From positions 1 to 43,424 of the forward strand of contig JBBSRE010000001.1 of assembly GCA_038243365.1 (NCBI GenBank): a stretch of DNA of 43,424 bases, in the 5' to 3' direction. Positions 9,701-18,498 of this stretch are shown here, in pieces; position 1 is the stretch's first letter, and the number at the start of each line of letters is the position of its first letter. Origin of the DNA: Burkholderiales bacterium (GTDB lineage Bacteria; Pseudomonadota; Gammaproteobacteria; Burkholderiales; Burkholderiaceae_C). The translations under genes and the position numbers were made by a program. The notes beneath the pieces are model-generated. The model was not told the origin of the DNA. It saw only the letters and a program-made list of their open reading frames with translations, and did not search any database.

Positions 9701-10114
9701 ATGAACACCCAGCAAGCCACCAACAAAGTGAACGAAGTGACCGACAAGGCGGCTGATGCCGTGCGTCAGGCCGCCGATTCCACGCTCAAGGGCGCCGAGA
9801 AGGCAGTCGACGCCACCCGCAGTGCCACCAACAACCAGTTGGACAAAGCATCGGACGCAGTGGGCACGATGCGGTCGGAAGTAGATCCGACGATCAACGA
9901 ACTTGCTGCCAAAGCTCAAGCACTTGCTGAGCGGAGCATCAACTACTGCGCGGAAACCGGCGATCGCCTGCGCCAGCAGGTTGATCAGTACTCCGAAGCC
10001 ACCAATCGCTATGTGGTTGATCAACCAGCAAAGTCCATGATGATCGCCTTCGGTAGTGGCGCAGCCTTCGCAACACTGTTGATTCTGGCGATGCGTGGTA
10101 ACAGCCGCGACTAA
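9701..10114 (+). CDS. ElaB/YqjD (DUF883)-like tail-anchored protein with LEA-like helical N-terminus
   Basis: Ala/Asp/Lys-rich amphipathic repeats, then YVVDQPAKSMMIAFGSGAAFATLLILAM C-terminal TM and a basic residue; SD AGGA. Confidence 0.7.
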   Translation: MNTQQATNKVNEVTDKAADAVRQAADSTLKGAEKAVDATRSATNNQLDKASDAVGTMRSEVDPTINELAAKAQALAERSINYCAETGDRLRQQVDQYSEATNRYVVDQPAKSMMIAFGSGAAFATLLILAMRGNSRD

Positions 10115-10189
10115 ACAAACGCGATAGATGCGGTGTCACTGGCAGTGCGGCCAGCAGCCGCACCGCCTCAGGAAAGAAAGAAAAGTCCC

Positions 10190-10729
10190 ATGACAAACAC
10201 CACGAACCATCCGACGATGGAACTTGACCACGACGCGCTGCGCGCCGCGGCCAACAACCTGGAGCGCGGTGCTGTGACGCCTGCGTCTACCCCCTACCGC
10301 GAAGCCATTATCAAATTGTTGAACGGCGCTTTGGCAACTGAGCTTGTATGCATCTTGCGCTACAAGCGTCACCATTTCACGGCACATGGCCTTGCCTCGC
10401 CGGCGATCGCGGATGAGTTCATGGTGCATGCGGAAGAAGAAACCGGTCATGCTGACCGCCTCGCCCAACGCATCGTTCAGCTCGGTGGCGAGCCGAACTT
10501 TTCGCCGACTGGTATCGAAGAGCGCAGCCACGCCAAATACGATGACTCGTCCGATCTTCAAGATATGCTCAAGGCCAACCTGGTCGCTGAGCGTATCGCT
10601 GTCGAGGCTTATCGCCAGATGATCAATTTGATTGGCGACAAGGACCCCACGACCAAACGAATGTTGGAAGACATTCTCAAGGACGAGGAAGAGCACGCCG
10701 ACGAAATCAGCGATTGGCTCGAGCGATAG
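10190..10729 (+). CDS. Ferritin-like di-iron protein (bacterioferritin/DPS-like)
   Basis: LNGALATELVC, EEETGHADRLAQRIVQLGGEP, NLVAERIA, DEEEHAD di-iron motifs. Confidence 0.9.
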   Translation: MTNTTNHPTMELDHDALRAAANNLERGAVTPASTPYREAIIKLLNGALATELVCILRYKRHHFTAHGLASPAIADEFMVHAEEETGHADRLAQRIVQLGGEPNFSPTGIEERSHAKYDDSSDLQDMLKANLVAERIAVEAYRQMINLIGDKDPTTKRMLEDILKDEEEHADEISDWLER

Positions 10730-10823
10730 ATTCCCCACAGCAGACCGGACGAGGGGTGCAATAGACCGGCCTGCTGATAACCAGCGCACCAGTGTTCCAC
10801 TATTCAACCAAAAGGAAAAACCC

Positions 10824-11138
10824 ATGAAATACGCACGTGCTCTCGCTTTTGCAGCTATCGCCGGCATCACCGTTGTCTCGACTGGATGTTCCGTTGCCCG
10901 CAACCAGCAAACTGTCGGCTCGTATGTGGATGATGCCGCCATTACCACCGCGGTAAAAGCCAAAATGGCTGAAGACAAGTCGGTTTCGGCCACGTCAATC
11001 AGCGTAGAAACGCTCAATGGAACGGTGCAACTCTCCGGCTTTGCCAAGTCGCAGCGCGAAAAGGACATGGCCGCCGAAATTGCGCGTACGACCAAAAACG
11101 TGCGTGACGTGCGCAACAACATCGTTGTTCGTCCGTAA
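10824..11138 (+). CDS. BON-domain (OsmY-like) lipoprotein
   Basis: Signal peptide with lipobox STGC, then DDAAITTAVKA...ISVETLNGTVQLSGF BON domain; SD AAGGA. Confidence 0.9.
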   Translation: MKYARALAFAAIAGITVVSTGCSVARNQQTVGSYVDDAAITTAVKAKMAEDKSVSATSISVETLNGTVQLSGFAKSQREKDMAAEIARTTKNVRDVRNNIVVRP

Positions 11139-11174
11139 TTGGTCATTGCGCCCCGAGGGGCGCACGGTCAATTG

Positions 11175-11203
11175 GCCCGCCGCGCGCGGGCTTTTTCTTT
11201 TTT
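11175..11203 (+). terminator. Intrinsic terminator ending the stress operon
   Basis: GCCCGC-loop-GCGGGC followed by TTTTTCTTTTTT; a second hairpin lies just upstream (~11148-11164). Confidence 0.75.
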
Positions 11204-11221
11204 CCCAATAAGCTGGGCGCT

Positions 11222-12343
11222 ATGCAAGTCTTCAACTGCAGCTACTGCGGCAACCTGGTGTTCTTCAACAGCGTGCACTGCGTGCAGTGCGGAAACACAC
11301 TGGCGTTTGTGCCGGATCGCATGGCTATGCACGCCATGGAGCCCGTACGGCCGGCGCAGGCCAATGGCACAACAGGCCTGTTCACGCTGCTACCAAACGG
11401 AACCTCTACGCAGCGCTATCGACAGTGCTTTAACTACACGCAGTGGAATAACTGCACTTTTGCCGTACCTGAGCACAGCAACAGTTTGCTTTGCGTGGCC
11501 TGTCGGCAAACCATCGGGCTTCCAGACTTGTCCAGTGGCAGCAACGTCGCAGGCTGGTCGCTACTGGAAGGCGCCAAGCGCCAGCTGTTCTATACGCTAG
11601 CGCGCTTGGGATTGCAGAGTGTGGATGACAGTGCCCTGCCCGATCCCGGCCCACGCTATGCCTTCCTGGCCGACTGGCCGAACGGAGATCCCGTGATGAC
11701 CGGCCACTCCAATGGAATCGTCACCATCAACGTGGCCGAAGCCAACAACGCTGAGCGTATTCGCCGGCGCGTGGATTTGAGCGAGCCCTACCGCACACTG
11801 CTTGGCCATTTGCGCCACGAGTCGGGGCACTACTACTGGGATCGGCTGATCCGCGATGCGGGGGGCGAGCTCGCCTTCCGGGCTGTTTTTGGTGACGAGC
11901 GGGACGACTACGCCGCCGCGCTGGAGCGCCATTACGCACGCGGGGACCAGAACGACTGGCAGGCCCAGCATGTGACGGCGTATGCAGCGGCACACCCTTG
12001 GGAAGATTGGGCCGAGACTTGGGCCCACTACCTGCACATGATCGATTTGCTCGAGACTGCGGCTTCCTATGATGCAGCGCTTGCGCTGCCTGAGCCGCGC
12101 GCGACGCGGCGGCCCGCGGTGCGTATTGCCAACCCGTACGAAGAAGACGACGCGCCAGACTTTGCCACCATGGTCCGGCAATGGGCGCCTCTCACGCTGC
12201 TGCTCAACAGCCTCAACCGCAGCTTGGGCCAAGAAGATGCTTATCCGTTCGCCATCTCCTCTGGCGCACTCAAGAAGCTGGAGTTTGTGCACATGATCGT
12301 GACCAGCTTTCATCCCGAAAAACCATCGGACGCAAGCGGCTAA
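11222..12343 (+). CDS. Putative zinc-binding metallopeptidase with N-terminal Zn-ribbon (DUF2248-type)
   Basis: CxxC..CxxC N-terminus, EPYRTLLGHLRHESGHYYW (HExxH), HPWEDWAETWAHYLH. Confidence 0.88.
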   Translation: MQVFNCSYCGNLVFFNSVHCVQCGNTLAFVPDRMAMHAMEPVRPAQANGTTGLFTLLPNGTSTQRYRQCFNYTQWNNCTFAVPEHSNSLLCVACRQTIGLPDLSSGSNVAGWSLLEGAKRQLFYTLARLGLQSVDDSALPDPGPRYAFLADWPNGDPVMTGHSNGIVTINVAEANNAERIRRRVDLSEPYRTLLGHLRHESGHYYWDRLIRDAGGELAFRAVFGDERDDYAAALERHYARGDQNDWQAQHVTAYAAAHPWEDWAETWAHYLHMIDLLETAASYDAALALPEPRATRRPAVRIANPYEEDDAPDFATMVRQWAPLTLLLNSLNRSLGQEDAYPFAISSGALKKLEFVHMIVTSFHPEKPSDASG

Positions 12344-12353
12344 CGCGCCAGCA

Positions 12354-12872
12354 TCAAGGCGACAGGTCGCCAGCCTGCTTGCGCTCTTTCACTTTTCTTT
12401 GCAGTTCGGCAAGCACCCCCGGCGAGACAAACTTCTCCACTTCGCCGCCTAGCAGCGCGATTTCGCGCACGAAAGTGCTGCTGATGAACTGGTACTTGTC
12501 ACCCGGCGTCAGAAACACCGTTTCGACCTCGGGCATCAAGGTGCGGTTCATACCGGCGAGCTGGAACTCATAGTCAAAGTCCGTCACCGCCCGCAATCCG
12601 CGCACCATGGCTTTGCCGCCGCGCGCTACGACGAAATCGCGCACCAGCCCGTCAAAGCTCTCCACCGTGACTTGCGGGTACGGCGCTACCGCTTCGCGCA
12701 CCATGGCAAGGCGCTCCTCCAGGTTGAAAAGCGTCTTTTTGTGGTGCGCCGCAGCTACGGCGACGATGAGCGAGCCGAAGAGTTGCGTGGCCCGGTGCAC
12801 GACGTCTTCATGCCCAAGGGTGATGGGATCAAAGGTGCCGGGATAAACGGCAATCACATTTTTCTGGGTCAT
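12354..12872 (-). CDS. coaD: Phosphopantetheine adenylyltransferase
   Basis: YPGTFDPITLGH, RGLRAVTDFDYE, ISSTFVREI; start at MTQKNV. Confidence 0.98.
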   Translation of the reverse strand: MTQKNVIAVYPGTFDPITLGHEDVVHRATQLFGSLIVAVAAAHHKKTLFNLEERLAMVREAVAPYPQVTVESFDGLVRDFVVARGGKAMVRGLRAVTDFDYEFQLAGMNRTLMPEVETVFLTPGDKYQFISSTFVREIALLGGEVEKFVSPGVLAELQRKVKERKQAGDLSP

Positions 12873-12980
12873 GCCCACATCTTGACAGAGGCGCGCGGGG
12901 TGCGGCGTTGGCGCGCAATTACGCGGCGCTCCGCGCACTGGCTTGTCAGCTCGCTGGCTGCGCGCAGATACCACGCGGAA

Positions 12981-13042
12981 TCAAAGCAAAAAATGACTCT
13001 AGCGCTCATCCAGAAAGCGTGAGCAGCTATATTTTTCGAAGC
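12981..13042 (-). repeat. Dispersed palindromic repeat, copy 2 (contains rsmD last codons and TAG)
   Basis: GCTTCGAAAAATATAGC-TGCTCACGC-TTTCTGGAT-GAGCGCTAGAGTCATTTTTTGC. Confidence 0.85.
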
Positions 13043-13749
13043 AAATGTGCATGGACGGTGCCGGCACGCAGATGTCGGTACAGCGTGAGCCCAAGTGCTG
13101 CAAGTGCCTCGTTGTCCCACTGCTCAGGCGCCTCCAAGTACACATACCCGTTGGACGACAGCGCCGTCACTGCGGCATGCAGTGCCGGCATAAACAGGGC
13201 ACTTCCAAACGGCGGGTCGAGCAGTACCAAATCCAGACTGCCGGGCGCACTGTGTTTCAGAGCCGCAACGCCATCACCCCGCTGGACGCGCACGGCAGAA
13301 GCCTGCAGACGCTGCTGCAATGCGTGCAGCTGCGCCACCAGAGCCGGGTGCAACTCCACCAGCTGAACCGAGGCCGCACCGCGAGAAGCTGCCTCGAACC
13401 CGAGCGCGCCAGTGCCCGCAAATGCATCCAGGCAGCGCCAGCCGGTGAGATCCTGGCCGAGCCAGTTGAAGAGTGTTTCGCGAACTCGATCGGGCGTTGG
13501 GCGCAGGCCTTCGAGGGTGGCAACAGGCAGGCGCGTGCGCTTCCATTGACCGCCGATGATTCTTACTTCGCCAGCGCCGGATTTGGCGGTCGCGCTCGCA
13601 GTCGGTGCGGTGCCCAGCGCGCTGCGGGGCGACGTTGGCGTGCGGGGCTCAACCGTCCTGATGGCATTCGCGGCAATAGCGACATTAGCGGCTTTGATGG
13701 TGGTCGCAGAAGACGTGCCACGTTTCACAGGACCGGCGGGCCGCTTCAC
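13027..13749 (-). CDS. rsmD: 16S rRNA (guanine966-N2)-methyltransferase
   Basis: VRIIGGQWK, LRPTPDRVRETLFNWL, DAFAGTGALGFEAASRGA, LDPPF; low-complexity N-terminal extension, start uncertain. Confidence 0.95.
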   Translation of the reverse strand: MKRPAGPVKRGTSSATTIKAANVAIAANAIRTVEPRTPTSPRSALGTAPTASATAKSGAGEVRIIGGQWKRTRLPVATLEGLRPTPDRVRETLFNWLGQDLTGWRCLDAFAGTGALGFEAASRGAASVQLVELHPALVAQLHALQQRLQASAVRVQRGDGVAALKHSAPGSLDLVLLDPPFGSALFMPALHAAVTALSSNGYVYLEAPEQWDNEALAALGLTLYRHLRAGTVHAHLLRKI

Positions 13750-15092
13750 GGCTTGGCGCCCAGAACCACCGTCACCATGCGATCTGGCTGCAGTTTGCGC
13801 GCCATCGCAGCGCGCACGTCTTGCGCCGTCAGCGCCGCGATGCGGTCCGTCCAGCCTTCCAGGTAATCAAGCGGCAGGCCATTAGTGGCAATGTTGGTCA
13901 CGTTGCCCAGCAGTTTCCTGTTGCTGTCGATGCGCAGCGCGAAGCCACCGATCAAATTGTCTTTCGCGGCCTGCAACTCTTGCTCTGTGGGCCCCTCTTT
14001 CACAAAACGTTCAATCACCTTGCGCGAGACTTCCAGCGCTTGGGCGGCTTGGTCAGGCCGCGTCTGCAGACTGACGCCAAAAGCGCCAGCGTTCAATCCG
14101 GGCGAAAAACCGCTGGAGACGCTGTAGCTCAACCCGCGCTTTTCACGCACTTCGTTGGTCAAGAGCGAAGTGAATCCGCCGCCACCCAGAATGTGGTTAC
14201 CCACCAGCAAGGCGAGGAAGTCCGGATCGCTTCGTTTGAACCCGGGCTGGCCGATCAGCACGTAGGACTGGGCCGAAGCGAACGGAATGTTCAGCTGCTG
14301 CGCCTTGGCCAATGCCGGCACGGCGGGGACGGCAGCAAAAGGTGCGCAATTCGTGCCGGGTGGCAAGCGGCTCAGCATCGTCTTGACGAGCGTTTGGGCT
14401 TGCTCGCGCGACACCGCGCCGACCAGTGCCACCCGCGCGCGGCAAGCGACTAGATTTTTCTCCGCGTACTGCCGCAGGTCGGCCACTTCGATGCGGGCCA
14501 GCGTGTCGGGCGTGGCGCGCTGGCCATAAGGATGCTCACCGTACACGGCGTCGGCAAACGCCTTGCCTGCCACGGTACCGGGCCGGGTGTCAGATTCGCG
14601 GATCGCGGCGCTCCAGCGCGAGCGCTCGCGCTGCCAGATGTCTTCTGGCCACGCAGGCTCACCGATCTCGCGCGCTGCCAACTTTGATGCGCGTTCCAGC
14701 AGCGCCGGGTCGGTGAGCGAACGCAAAGAAAAGCTCAACGTATCCCGATCAGCACCAGCACCGAAGGCCGCGCCCAGATCGGCCCACGCCTCTCCCAGCG
14801 CGTTTTCGTCGATCGCGGGCGCGTCGCCCACTTGGCGCACACCCTTGGTCAGCAGCGTGGCCGCCGCACTTGCCAGACCCGCCTGGGCGGCCGGATCACG
14901 CCGGCTGCCTGCGTCGAAATCGATCTGCACATCCACCATGGGCAGCGACGGGCTTTGCACCAGCCAGACCTGCGCGCCGCTCGGCTCGGTCCAGTGTTGG
15001 ATGGGCAGCAAAGCCCAGGCGGATTGAGTATAAAAAACCACTCCAGCGCTTACTAGCAAAGCGCGAGCAGCTATATTTTTAATAGCATTCAT
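13746..15092 (-). CDS. M16 family peptidase, non-catalytic subunit (exported)
   Basis: Signal peptide, DFDAGS, GLA, HPYG, ILGGGGFTSLL.EVREKRGLSYSV; lacks HxxEH. Confidence 0.9.
   Translation of the reverse strand: MNAIKNIAARALLVSAGVVFYTQSAWALLPIQHWTEPSGAQVWLVQSPSLPMVDVQIDFDAGSRRDPAAQAGLASAAATLLTKGVRQVGDAPAIDENALGEAWADLGAAFGAGADRDTLSFSLRSLTDPALLERASKLAAREIGEPAWPEDIWQRERSRWSAAIRESDTRPGTVAGKAFADAVYGEHPYGQRATPDTLARIEVADLRQYAEKNLVACRARVALVGAVSREQAQTLVKTMLSRLPPGTNCAPFAAVPAVPALAKAQQLNIPFASAQSYVLIGQPGFKRSDPDFLALLVGNHILGGGGFTSLLTNEVREKRGLSYSVSSGFSPGLNAGAFGVSLQTRPDQAAQALEVSRKVIERFVKEGPTEQELQAAKDNLIGGFALRIDSNRKLLGNVTNIATNGLPLDYLEGWTDRIAALTAQDVRAAMARKLQPDRMVTVVLGAKP
15024..15086 (-). repeat. Dispersed palindromic repeat, copy 3 (in-frame, encodes most of the M16 signal peptide)
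   Basis: GCTATTAAAAATATAGC-TGCTCGCGC-TTTGCTAGT-AAGCGCTGGAGTGGTTTTTTATAC = AIKNIAARALLVSAGVVFYTQ. Confidence 0.9.
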
Positions 15093-15151
15093 GAGGATTC
15101 TTCTAATGTGCGATAGCGGCCATTGGGCCGGAGCGTCTCAGTGGGGCCGGG

Positions 15152-16588
15152 TTAGTGGATCGCGCCGCCCGCGCTGGCCGCAGGGCGCTTGCGCGATCCT
15201 GGCGCGAGCGGCTGTGGCAGCAGCGGCGCCACCGTGAGCTGATCGTCCGCAAAGTACTGCCCAGCTACGCGCTGAACATCGGCAGGCCGCACGTCGGCCA
15301 GCAGCTTCATCAGGAGATCCTCGGCGTCCAGCGGTAGCCCTTCTACCCAATTGCTGCCGAGTTCGCTCGCCTGGCTTTGAAGTGAATCGCGCGCGTACAC
15401 CCTGCCGGCAATCCACTGCGTCTTGACACGGGCGAGCTCCGCCTCGTTCACGCCTTCCTTGGCGATCTTGGCTACCTCAGCGCGCAAGGCCGACTCGACT
15501 TCGGCAGCGGTTTTTCCGGTGGCGGGCACGCCAGCCAAAAGAAACTGCGCCGGGCCTCGGCCAAAAACGGACGCACTGCTGCTGGCGGTGTCGGCCACGC
15601 GCTCCGGGCCTTGGGTCAGCCCACGGTCCAGGCGCGAGCCGTCGTAACCCGATAGCACGGCGGACAGCACCAGCATGGCCAGCGCATCCCGGTCCTGCGC
15701 GGTGGGCTGGGTCACCGACTCCAGCGCCGGCGAGCGGAACACGAGTGCGACGTAGGCCTGCTCGGCAGGCGCCTTGACCTCAATGCGGCGCATGCCGATC
15801 TGGGCGGGCTCCGTTTGCGGTTTGCGCGCCGGCACAGCGCGGGCGCCAATCGCACCGTACGTGGCCTGGGCCAGAGCGAACACCTTGTCAGGCTCGACGT
15901 CTCCGGCCACCACGATGACTGCGTTGGCGGGTACATACCACTTTTGGTAGAACGCCCGCGCGTCGTCCGGCGTCAAGGATTCGAGGTCGCTCATCCAGCC
16001 GACCACGGGGCGGCGGGCGGGCGACGCGATCAGGGCGGTGGCGTTGAGCTGTTCGGCCAGCAGCGCCCGGGGCTGGTCTTCGGTGCGCATGCGGCGCTCT
16101 TCCTTGACGACTTCAAGCTCGCGTTTGAACTCTTCGTCGGGCCATTGGTTGTGGGCGAAGCGGTCGGATTCGAGCCGCATCACATCGGCCAGCTTGTCCG
16201 CCGGAATCTGTTGGTAGTAACCGGTGTAGTCCCTGCTGGTGAAAGCGTTCTCCTGCCCCCCCAGTGCGGCGACACGACGCGAAAACTCGCCCGGTGCGAG
16301 TTTCTCGCTGCCTTTGAACATCATGTGTTCCAGCACATGCGCCACGCCGGTGACGCCGTCCACCTCGTCCATGGAGCCCACTCGCAGCCACACCATGTGC
16401 ACCGCAGTAGGCGCGCGGTGGTCGGGCTGCACGATGAGTTGCATCCCATTGGCCAGCGTGAACTGCGTGGGGCGCACGCCCTGCGGAGCCGAAGGCATCA
16501 CGGGGGCCGCCGTGGCGGGCGGGGTTTGTGCAAAGGCGGAGCCCGCGACGCAAAGCGTCAGGCACAGAGCAGTAATGGTGCTTTTCAT
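15152..16588 (-). CDS. M16 family zinc peptidase, catalytic subunit
   Basis: Signal peptide from MKSTITAL, GVAHVLEHMMFKG (HxxEH), NAFTS.DYT.Y, VVKEERR. Confidence 0.93.
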   Translation of the reverse strand: MKSTITALCLTLCVAGSAFAQTPPATAAPVMPSAPQGVRPTQFTLANGMQLIVQPDHRAPTAVHMVWLRVGSMDEVDGVTGVAHVLEHMMFKGSEKLAPGEFSRRVAALGGQENAFTSRDYTGYYQQIPADKLADVMRLESDRFAHNQWPDEEFKRELEVVKEERRMRTEDQPRALLAEQLNATALIASPARRPVVGWMSDLESLTPDDARAFYQKWYVPANAVIVVAGDVEPDKVFALAQATYGAIGARAVPARKPQTEPAQIGMRRIEVKAPAEQAYVALVFRSPALESVTQPTAQDRDALAMLVLSAVLSGYDGSRLDRGLTQGPERVADTASSSASVFGRGPAQFLLAGVPATGKTAAEVESALRAEVAKIAKEGVNEAELARVKTQWIAGRVYARDSLQSQASELGSNWVEGLPLDAEDLLMKLLADVRPADVQRVAGQYFADDQLTVAPLLPQPLAPGSRKRPAASAGGAIH

Positions 16589-16616
16589 AGAATGGACTGA
16601 TTCTAAGAAGTGGCCA

Positions 16617-18386
16617 ATGTTCAGTTTTTTCAAGAAAAAGCCGGTTGAACCGGACGAGCCCAGCAAACCCTCTCTAGGTGAGGCGACGCAACCGGCGGAA
16701 AAGCGCGATGCGGCACCGAGTGCTGCTGCGCCTGCGGCCGCCTCAGTTGTCACAGCTGACACACCGGCCATTGATGCTGCGCCCGAGTCACCGGGGGCTT
16801 CTGATGGTCTTGCGGTGCCAAAAGGCAGCATTCCGATGCCGGCACGGGTTGTGCGAAGTGACGTCGAAGCACCATCACTGTTGCGCGCACCGCTCACGTC
16901 ACCCGCATCGCCAAGCGCGCCGGCGGATGCTTTGGGCGGCTCTCCACCTGCCGCTTCCGCTACGCCTGCTCCCGCTTCTGCCACTGCTGCCGTGCGCAAC
17001 TGGCTGCGCAATCCGTTTTCGCGTGCGCCGACTCAAGCGCCGGAGGTAGCGCCAGAGCCAGAACAGGTGCCGACTCCAGGCTTGGAGCGTGTGCCTGTGC
17101 CTGCTCCCACTCCAACACCGGCCACCACGCCCAAGCCACCGCTTTCTGCACCGCTTTCAGAACGACCTCTCGCCAAGGGCGGTATGGGGGAAGCAGGCCA
17201 TGCTGAGAAGCGTCAGGACGCTCCTGCTTCTGCTTCTGCTTCTGCTCCTGCTCCTGCTCCTGCTCCTGCTGTTACTGGTGAAGTAGCGGCCGTGCCACTG
17301 ATATCGCGCTCGGTGCCCGGACTGGCCGCTTCTGACATCCCGCCGCGGCTACCGGCCGTCACGCCCCAGCCCGCTGCGAAAACGGTGGCGCCCATTGCGC
17401 CGTCCATGGGGCCCGCGATCACTGCTGATCGTCCGTCCGAACAAGCGTCTGCTTTGGCCGCCCCGCGCGCCGGCTGGATGGACCGGCTGCGTGGAGGTCT
17501 GCGCAAAACAGGCAGCAGCATCACCACGGTGTTCACGGGCACGCGCATTGACGAGGCGCTCTACGAAGAGCTCGAAGACGCGCTGATCATGGCCGACACC
17601 GGGGTGAAGGCGACGCAGCATTTGCTGACCGATCTGAGGCGCCGGGTGAAGGAAACCCGCGCTACGGAGCCGGCTGCCGTCCGCGGCTTGCTGGCCGACG
17701 CGTTGACCGATTTGCTGCGCCCGCTGGAAAAGGCGCTGGTGGTGGGCGAGTTCACGCCCACCGTGATCATGGTGACTGGCGTCAACGGCGCCGGCAAGAC
17801 CACCTCCATCGGCAAACTTACCCGCCACTTGGCAGAGCACGGAGCCAGTGTGCTGCTGGCCGCCGCAGACACCTTTCGCGCAGCCGCGCGCGAACAGCTC
17901 GGTGTCTGGGCCGACCGCAACACGGTGGAGATCATTAGTCAGGAAGGGGGTGATCCCGCCGCCGTCAGCTTCGATGCAGTCACGGCCGGTAGAGCCCGCC
18001 GCAAAGACGTGGTGCTGGTGGATACCGCCGGCCGCCTTCCGACCCAGCTCCATTTGATGGAAGAGCTGCGCAAGATCCGCCGCACCATTGCCAAGGCGGG
18101 CGCGGTGCCCGGCGCTGTCGGCATGGGGTCGCCACCGCACGAGGTACTTTTGGTGATCGACGGCAACACCGGCCAGAACGCCCTGGCGCAAGTACGCGCC
18201 TTCGACGACGCGCTGCAGCTCACGGGCCTGATCGTGACCAAACTCGACGGCACCGCCAAGGGCGGCGTGCTGGCGGCGATCGCTCAGGAACGCCCAATCC
18301 CGGTGTATTTCATCGGCGTGGGCGAGAAACTGGAAGATCTGGAAACCTTCAGCGCACGCGAGTTCGCGCAGGCGCTGCTGGGCTAA
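16617..18386 (+). CDS. ftsY: Signal recognition particle receptor FtsY with long Pro/Ala-rich N-terminus
   Basis: Starts MFSFFKKK; GVNGAGKTTSIGKL, DTFRAAAREQL, DTAGRL, TKLDGTAKGG. Confidence 0.96.
   Translation: MFSFFKKKPVEPDEPSKPSLGEATQPAEKRDAAPSAAAPAAASVVTADTPAIDAAPESPGASDGLAVPKGSIPMPARVVRSDVEAPSLLRAPLTSPASPSAPADALGGSPPAASATPAPASATAAVRNWLRNPFSRAPTQAPEVAPEPEQVPTPGLERVPVPAPTPTPATTPKPPLSAPLSERPLAKGGMGEAGHAEKRQDAPASASASAPAPAPAPAVTGEVAAVPLISRSVPGLAASDIPPRLPAVTPQPAAKTVAPIAPSMGPAITADRPSEQASALAAPRAGWMDRLRGGLRKTGSSITTVFTGTRIDEALYEELEDALIMADTGVKATQHLLTDLRRRVKETRATEPAAVRGLLADALTDLLRPLEKALVVGEFTPTVIMVTGVNGAGKTTSIGKLTRHLAEHGASVLLAAADTFRAAAREQLGVWADRNTVEIISQEGGDPAAVSFDAVTAGRARRKDVVLVDTAGRLPTQLHLMEELRKIRRTIAKAGAVPGAVGMGSPPHEVLLVIDGNTGQNALAQVRAFDDALQLTGLIVTKLDGTAKGGVLAAIAQERPIPVYFIGVGEKLEDLETFSAREFAQALLG
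17220..17270 (+). repeat. Hexanucleotide tandem repeat (GCTYCT)x8 in the ftsY linker
   Basis: gctcct-(gcttct)3-(gctcct)4-gct encoding APASASASAPAPAPAPA. Confidence 0.9.
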
Positions 18387-18498
18387 GGCATCGGCGCAGC
18401 GGATGCTGGCCTGCCGGGCGCAAGCAGCCAATGCAGTTGCTCTCGATGACCCTTCGCCTGCCTTTGCCCGCATGCATCTACACAAGGGCCACCTGTTT

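Noticed and set aside
10136-11146. 336-aa minus-strand ORF over the ferritin and BON genes
   Set aside because: Antisense shadow with no domain features
16239-16616. Upstream extension of the 715-aa FtsY ORF
   Set aside because: Antisense shadow of the M16 gene; MFSFFKKK at 16617 is the plausible start
16589-17011. N-terminal extension of the 619-aa ORF 15152..17011
   Set aside because: Antisense to the ftsY 5' region; the peptidase has a clear signal peptide from ATG 16588
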